A DNA stretch of 63,232 bases, the filler included, from Reclinomonas americana ATCC 50394 (taxonomy: Eukaryota): assembly GCA_048213135.1 (NCBI GenBank). It is 19 parts of 19 records of this genome, joined end to end, with 100 filler letters (N's around TTAATTAATTAA, not from the genome) between each part and the next. Parts side by side here need not be neighbours in the genome. Positions count along the whole stretch, not along the records: positions 56,466 to 59,037 come from AFZH01020174.1; positions 59,138 to 63,232 come from AFZH01020175.1; 17 more parts are not named here. The stretch is one strand, 5' to 3'. Positions 56,526 through 63,232 of the stretch are shown here, piece by piece; position 1 is the stretch's first letter, and each line of letters starts with the position of its first letter. The notes below the pieces were generated by a model. That model saw nothing but the letters and a program-made list of their open reading frames with translations. It ran no database searches and was not told the DNA's origin. Made by a program: the position numbers and the translations under genes.

Positions 56526-58930
56526 ATGAATGTTGCCCGTGTGCAGGCCCTCTTCCAGGAGGCCGTGCTGATGGCCTCCCTGGGCGACATGAGCCTGCTC
56601 GCCGACACACTGCGCGAGGCCTCACGAACACTTGGCGCGGATCATCCACTCACACTCAACGTGGAGTCGGTGCAGGCGCAGCTCCTTGTCTCCCAGGGCG
56701 ACCAAAAGAGAGCAGTGACCTTGTATGAGGGGCTGCTGCCGCGCCTCCGTCGCGTGCTCGGCGGAGAGAACGAAGTCACGCTGCAGGCGTCGTCAATGAT
56801 GGCCGAGGCGCTGCGTCAGCTGGGGCGCTACGATGAGGCCGAGGCGCTGTTGCGCGAGACACTGGAGGTGCTGAAGCGCGTGGTTCCGGAGGACGATTCG
56901 AACTTGCTGGCTGCCATGGGCGGCCTCGGCCTTGTTCTCACGGATCGCAACGACGACGAGGCGCACTTAGCTGAGGCGATTGAGCTGGCGCGCGAGGTGC
57001 TGGCTCGACGCAAGCGCTCGAGTGTCAAGAACCCCGAGGGAACCGTGACCAGCGCGTTCAACTTGGCCGTGTATCTCGCCAGTGTGGGCACTGTGGAGGC
57101 GATGAAGGAGAGCGTGGAGCTTTTTCAAGAGACGTACGTGCTCTCGCGGGATGTGCTGGGCGCGCAGCATCCGCGCACGCGTGAGATCGATCATCGAGCC
57201 GAGTGCGGTGCCAGGGTGCTGAAGGAGATGATGCGGGAGCAGGCACGGCAGCCAGCACCGAGGCCGGCAGCAACTGCTGCGGCGCCAGCGGCAGGGCATC
57301 GAGCGCCGGGCCAGCCCTCTGCTTCGGAGAAGCCCAAGAAGCGCAACAGGCGTAGAAATAGGAAGAATAAGAAAGCGACAGCTGCAGCTGCAGGTACTTG
57401 TTACAGCTCTCTCTCTCTCTTTCCTGTGTGTTCTGCCGACGCTCACCTTCACGGCCCGTGCAGCTGCAGAGGAGGACAGTTCAGACGAAGATGACGGCCC
57501 TTCTGCATCTGCTTCTGGATCTGGACCAGCAGTTTCGTGCCTGCTACGAGCGATTCGCCCGGCTCATACCATTTCTGTAACGTCGATAATTGGCAGGGAT
57601 CCTCGTCTGCTGCCGATGCGAAGGCGGATAGGCTTGCTGATGTAAACCGCCGCATAGCAGAGATGACGAATCAGAAGATCTTGGCCAACTATGGTGTCGC
57701 CGCGGCCATTGGCCGCGAGCTCGTGCGCGACATGACGGAGCTCCTCGGAGCCGACAACGAGCACACCCTCGCGGTAGCCTTCCAGCTGTGCGGAGTCTAC
57801 GTCGGCCTCAGTGACCACCAAAGCGCTCTCCCGCTATTCCAAGACACGTTCGATCGCAGGCGTCGTCTGCTTGGAGCAGACCACCGCGATACGTTAATGA
57901 CGGCTTCAAACCTCGGCCTATCGCTTATTCAACTGGGCCGTTGCGATGAGGCACTTGCGCTGCTGCTTGACACGCTGGAGCGGCAGCAGCGAGTGCTGGC
58001 AGCGGATGACGAAACCCTGTGCGTCACCATGGATTACCTCACCTACGTCTACCAAGACCTCGGCCGGATGGACGACGCACTGCGTGTCGCTCGTGATTTG
58101 GGGCCTCGATGGCGACGATGTGTTCTTGCCGGCAGATTCAATCCCATGTGTTGGGTCCACTCGCGTGACGCTGCCATCCTGCTCATGCGGGGTGGCGGTG
58201 TGGAGAACTTGGAGGAGGCGGTTGCTCTTCTCCGCGACACGCACAGGATGCAGACGCAGGTTTTCGGAGGAAACCACGACAATACGCGCGACACCAAGAT
58301 GCTGCTCGATCGAGCTTCCTCGCTGCTGGCGACCGCGCGTCGCGAACAGAAGGCGAAGCAGACGACGACGAAGGGTGCGCCACCGCGCGCGCAGCCAGCG
58401 GGGAGCCAGGGTGAGTCACTGCCAGTGTCCCACAGCTTCGGTGCAGAACCTTTCTCATCATGTCTTTCTGCGCGCAGGGGGGCCCTCCACTGTGAAAGTT
58501 TCGTCCCGGCCTGTTGTTGCACGCGAACGCAGTCAACTCATCGTTGTCCGCAGTCAACTGCTCCGGCGGCCGCGTCTGTGGCGGCATCCACTGCTGGAGA
58601 TCCAACGCGAGTAGCGGCTGAACGACAACGCACCGACGAGTGGCAGGCGCGAGCGCAGCAGCAAGAGGTCGCAGCCGGGCTTGCTCGACAGCGACTGGAG
58701 CGGGCACAGCGCGAGCTGGAAGAGGCTCGCCGCCTGAGGAATGAATTGCAGCGAGACGCAGAGGCAGCGTCAGTAGCAGCGGCTGCCGAAGCACAGCGCT
58801 CCGAGGATGCATGCGCTGCGATGCGGGAGGCGTTGGATCGCGTGAACGAGCTGCGACGTCGCGATCAAGAGCGAACGGAGCAGCTGGAGGCCGATCTTGC
58901 TGCGGTGCAGCGCGATGTCAGCCAGTTCGG
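56526..58930 (+). CDS. TPR-repeat (kinesin-light-chain-like TPR_10/12) protein with C-terminal coiled coil; likely continues into the downstream pseudokinase-RING
   Basis: ~42-aa repeats LGADHPLTL / RRRLLGADHRDTLMTASNLG in two TPR blocks, then a long heptad-rich region ending at a GTTTGT donor before the 59038 spacer. Confidence 0.85.
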
Positions 58931-58944
58931 TTTGTTGGAGATTT

Positions 58945-58997
<53 letters not shown>

Positions 58998-59137
58998 GAC
59001 GACGACGTACGTTACGTACCGTACCGTACCGGTACCGNNNNNNNNNNNNNNNNNNNNNNNNNNNNNNNNNNNNNNNNNNNNTTAATTAATTAANNNNNNN
59101 NNNNNNNNNNNNNNNNNNNNNNNNNNNNNNNNNNNNN

Positions 59138-60623
59138 GCTGGCCGGGTGCGCATGTTCCGAGGAAGCTGGGCGGGCGAGAGTGTGGCAATTCAAGTCTTT
59201 GACAGTGCGCTGCCGTGGTGCATTGAGTCGTTCGCCAGTGAGGTTTGTTTTTGCCAAAGAGAGAGAGAGAGACAGGAAGAAGCAGTGTCCCTCATTTCGC
59301 ACATATCGCAGGTGGCGAAGTTGAAGGCCTTGAGCGTCACTGGTGTTGTTCCTGTTGTCGGCTTTTCCGAATCGGCCGACGGCAAGCGTTGTGTGGTGGT
59401 GGAGGCGATGAGGTGAGGCTGAACGGGCTCGAGTACTTAAGTTGACCATTCTGAAATGATTAATTGCCCGCTGCTGTGTACAGTGAACACAACCTCGAAC
59501 ACCAACTGCTGCAGTGGGAGCAGCATGGACTGCCGGTAATGTCCGTGGAAGCTCGCATCATGTGCTTGCTACGGTGTGCCGAGGCCGTGGCTGCGCTGCA
59601 CAAGTTGCGTGTCGTGAATCCAGTTCGATTCCTGTTCAACAATGTGACTGACTCTCCCCACCTTGCAGGAACGTGAGTCCTTTTGTGTCTTTGATCTTCT
59701 CACAGTCGATTCACTCATTCGTTGCTGACGTGCATGGTGTTGCGTGCAGAATGGTGCGATGCGGTACTTCGTTTTGTTTTTGGCATACCACGAAGTGCTA
59801 TTCTCATGATTTCTCCTCGCAGTGATCCACGGCAATCTGCGGCCACAGAACATTCTGTTCGATCAGAGCGGGTCTGCACACATCTCGGATCTGGGAGTGG
59901 CGCATTGGTTCCGCGTTGACGAGGTGTGTGTGCGCCATGTTTTGTGTTGGCGTGTTGTGTTGCTGTGGCCACTCAATTACAGTCGTCTCGGACAAGGCGG
60001 CGTCTTCTCCCACCGTTGCCGGTGATCTGCAGTATGCAGACACTGCGGTCAAGCGCAACCAGCTGCAAACGAGTGCGGACATTTTCTCTCTCGGCCTTGT
60101 CATCTTCCAAGTGTTCAGTGGCCTGCCGATTGATGAGGTGCATCGGCGAGTGGAGGCACTCAAGGAACTGGAAGAGAGTGCAGGCGACGGCGACGGTGCA
60201 CTACTGGCTGCCGCTGTGGCGCTGGCTGATGAGCGAGTCGGTCGTCGCTGGCCCGCTGCTGCGTGTGAGCGCATTGTGCGACTCGCGCTGCGGTGCGTTG
60301 GGGCGAGTTCGGGAAAGCAGAGAGACTGGGTGATTCACTATTTCTGCAGATGTGTGGACGGCCGTGTTGCGCAACGACCGACCGCGCAGCAGCTCGTGGA
60401 GGAGCTGAGCGATCTCAGCGTGCTGTGTTGCCGCCGGACGTGCATCATGTGCGACAGACTGCGCGACACTCGGCTTCGTCCGTGCACGCACCAGGTGCTC
60501 TGCAAGCAGTGCGCGGAACACATGGTGGCCAAGAGGAGCGAGTGCCCCGTGTGTCGAGTGCCAGTGGAAGGCCTGGATACTGGTGACAACTACGGGCTCC
60601 GCACCTTTGCGGCATCGCAGTGA
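59138..60623 (+). CDS. Pelle/RLK-like pseudokinase plus C-terminal C3HC4 RING finger
   Basis: VAIQ, LH-KNN-VIHGNLRPQNILFD, ISDLG, SADIFSLGLVI, RWPAAACERIVRLALR|CV..RPT; RING CIMC...PCTHQVLCKQC...CPVCR. Confidence 0.85.
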
Positions 60624-60969
60624 CGAATCGCACAGAGGCCACCACTTGTCACTGATAGACCATGGCTTCAGCATGCAGTTGATTCTCAGCGTACTACCCA
60701 ACAGACTCCTCTCGTTTCACCCCTTTGCATGTATTCCTTCAAGTGGCGCCGGCTTGTTGACGCAATGAAGAAAGCAACAAACGTCGCTTCGAATCCCTTC
60801 TTTTCGCATGCCTCGTTTCGTGGTCTTCTATCAGGGTACGTTGGTACAGCAGTCGTGCTGCTGGCTTGCGCTGTGGACCATCAACTTCAAGTCTCTCACC
60901 TGTGGATGACGTAAAGAGGACATCAACCTCGCACCAATCACACGCGCGCGCGGACATACCTCCCCAAGT

Positions 60970-63232
60970 ATGTTCACGAACTGGCACAACCAACACCACG
61001 GGAATCGAGGCCGAGGCCGAGGTCGAGGGCGAGGGCGAGGGCGCGGCCGTGGGCGTGGCGGCTTCGGCGGCGGCGGCGGCGGTATGCAGTTCATTATGAA
61101 TTTTGCCGCGTGCACCGAGAGCTTCCAGGCCGCCGTCAGGGTGTTCAACAGCGGCGACTTTGCGCGAGCGACGACCATGTTTGCCGCGTGTGCGGAGGAA
61201 TGCGAGGAACTGCTCGGCAGTGACCACGGATTGACGATCAGCAGCCTCATGTGGCACGCAGAGTCTCTCCTGGAGAACGATCGCGACGCCAACCGGCACC
61301 GGCGGGCGCTGGCAGCGTTCGAGAATGTGTATCCGCGCTGTGTGCAACAGAACGGCCGCGATTCCCTTGGAGTGCTGACTATGGCGATCAAGATGGGTCT
61401 CTGTAAGCGCGTGCTGGGGCGCGGCGAGGAGGCCATCGTGATTCTGCGAGACACGTGGCAGCGAGTGCAGCGACTGCGGCCGCCTGCGCCTGACGAGCTG
61501 ATGCTTCATTTGCTGGGGGGGTTGAGCAACACACTCGACGAGGAGCAACACTTGGCGGAGGCCGCGACTGTTGCGCGCGACCTCATGCAACTTCAGAAGC
61601 GAGTGTTTGGCGAAGGCGATAAGCGCACGCGCGCTACCACACACATGGTTGCCACCTGCCTCGTCGAGACTGGAGATGAAGCCAAAATAGAAGAGGCTCT
61701 CCCGCTCCTGCGCGACCTGCTGGCGGTCGAGACGCGACTGCTGGGTGCCAACCACGAGGATACGAAGGCAACTGCCGAAGCGTTCCGCGTCGTCTCGCAT
61801 CTTGTCGCCGCCGGTGCCAAACTCGCGGAGGCCATGGCAATCATCGACGGCGACGATATCGACTCCGCCACTTTCGCCGCCGCCGCTGCAGCACATCTCG
61901 ACTGCGCGCACGAGTTCAAGGAAGCCGCCGGCGGTGCCTACAGCAGGCCGGCGTTAGCCGCGCTGTACTACCACGCATTTTGTCTGTTCCACGCGGAGGA
62001 ATCCGATCTCGAACGTGTCTTGGAAATTGTGGATGATGTGCTCACTCGCCAGCGCCGCTTGCTGGGCGACGATGAACGCGACACCCTCAACACTGCCGCC
62101 CTCAAGGGAGAAGTGCTCTCCAGTCTGCGCCGGTTCGACGATGTGATTCCGCTGCTACGCGACACGTTGGAGCGGATGGAACGCGTGCTTCCGGACACGG
62201 GCAAGTCGCACGCAACGGCAACCCGCCTCTGCGAGGCCCTCAGCTGCAGTGGCGCCCATGACGAGGCCATCGAACTCGGACGGAAGATGGTGGCGTCGAG
62301 TCGTCGAAAGTTTGGCGACGATCACCCAAAATCATTCTCGGCTACCCGTCTTCTCGCCGAGCTTCTCGTTGCGGCTGGCGGAGTGGACAACGTGAAGGAA
62401 GCCGTGGCCCTGTTGGAAGACACATTTCAGCGTCAGAAGCGGGTCTCCGATGTTTCCGACCCATCAGTCATCGAAACGGTGCAGGCGCTCAACACTGCCC
62501 GTCTGGCCATGCACACGGATGCGGAGCTTGAGGACATGGACAAGGCTGGTCACGGTACTGGTCGCCTGGTGCTTTTTGGACAAAGTCGGCGACTACCGCG
62601 GCACCTCGAACAGCAGCAGCAGCCTCAGCGTCCCGAAGGGCAAGCGCAGCAACAGCAACAGCAGCAGCAACCGCCGCCGCAGCGTCCACAAGCGCAGGTG
62701 CAACAACAGCAGCAGCAGCAGCAGGCACAGGGGCAGGCACAGAAGCAGCCTCAGCCACAGCAGCAGCAGAAGCCGCAACCACAGCAACAGACCCGTCCGC
62801 AACAATGGCGAGCGAAGCGGCAGAAACAACAGCCCCCAGGGCAAGCGCAGCAGGACACGAAGGCGTCGGGCTCGGCGACGAAGAAGCATGAGGAGCAGAA
62901 TAAGAGCGCCGGAGGTCTGTAGCTGTGTGTTGTTGCTGGCTGCACTACCTCAATTCCACTGCCCTCTCACCATCATAGTCGTTGCTCAGGTGGCATCTTG
63001 ACGCCGGAAGAGCTGGTTCGTTCACATGCGCTTCGCCAGCAATCTCTGTTCCTCTCTCTCTCTCTCTATGTGTGTGTGTGTGTGTGCCTCGCTCTCACTG
63101 GGTTGTGTTGCACCGACGAACTCCTATCTCATGTGCAGGCCCGTCGAATGACCTTCGAAGACCCTACAGGATTGCTCATTCATCGACCGCGTGTTCCTCA
63201 CTGCACGTGCGGCGGACACCACGATCATGAGC
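60970..63232 (+). CDS. Second TPR_10/12-repeat protein with RG-rich N-terminus and polyQ region (runs to window end)
   Basis: 650-codon first ORF with LLGSDHGLT / LLGANHEDT / FGDDHPKS repeats; further short exons near 62989 and 63139. Confidence 0.85.

Noticed and set aside
60739..61911. 390-aa antisense ORF overlapping the TPR gene (similar ones at NAP1 and the CCCH gene)
   Set aside because: Expected shadow ORFs of GC3-rich coding sequence; no recognisable motifs.

Overview
Eukaryotic (protist-like), intron-rich, microsatellite-rich draft-assembly DNA. It consists of 19 pieces joined by 100-nt N44-TTAATTAATTAA-N44 spacers; several genes continue in frame and strand across a spacer, so many spacers are ordered scaffold gaps. 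Genes reconstructed by hand: a GNAT acetyltransferase, a ZFP36/Tis11-like tandem CCCH protein, NAP1, a WNK kinase, an SGNH-esterase C-terminus, PH-domain proteins, a membrane patatin-like lipase, an SCI1-like protein, beta'-COP, CCT2, an LRR protein, a GST, TAF1, SLY1/SCFD1, a compact cupin + AlkB-like + unknown trio, eIF1, a GOLD-domain fragment and two TPR-repeat genes, one apparently fused to a pseudokinase and RING. The most striking signal is in the splicing code. About a quarter of the introns I could reconstruct (about 35 of about 135, hand count) use a +1-shifted donor (GTTGCG/GTTGAG/GTTGTG/GTTTCG, conserved G at +6 instead of +5), almost always after a non-G exon end. The pseudokinase also appears to need two consecutive 4-nt microexons. 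All gene models are manual and unverified by transcripts.
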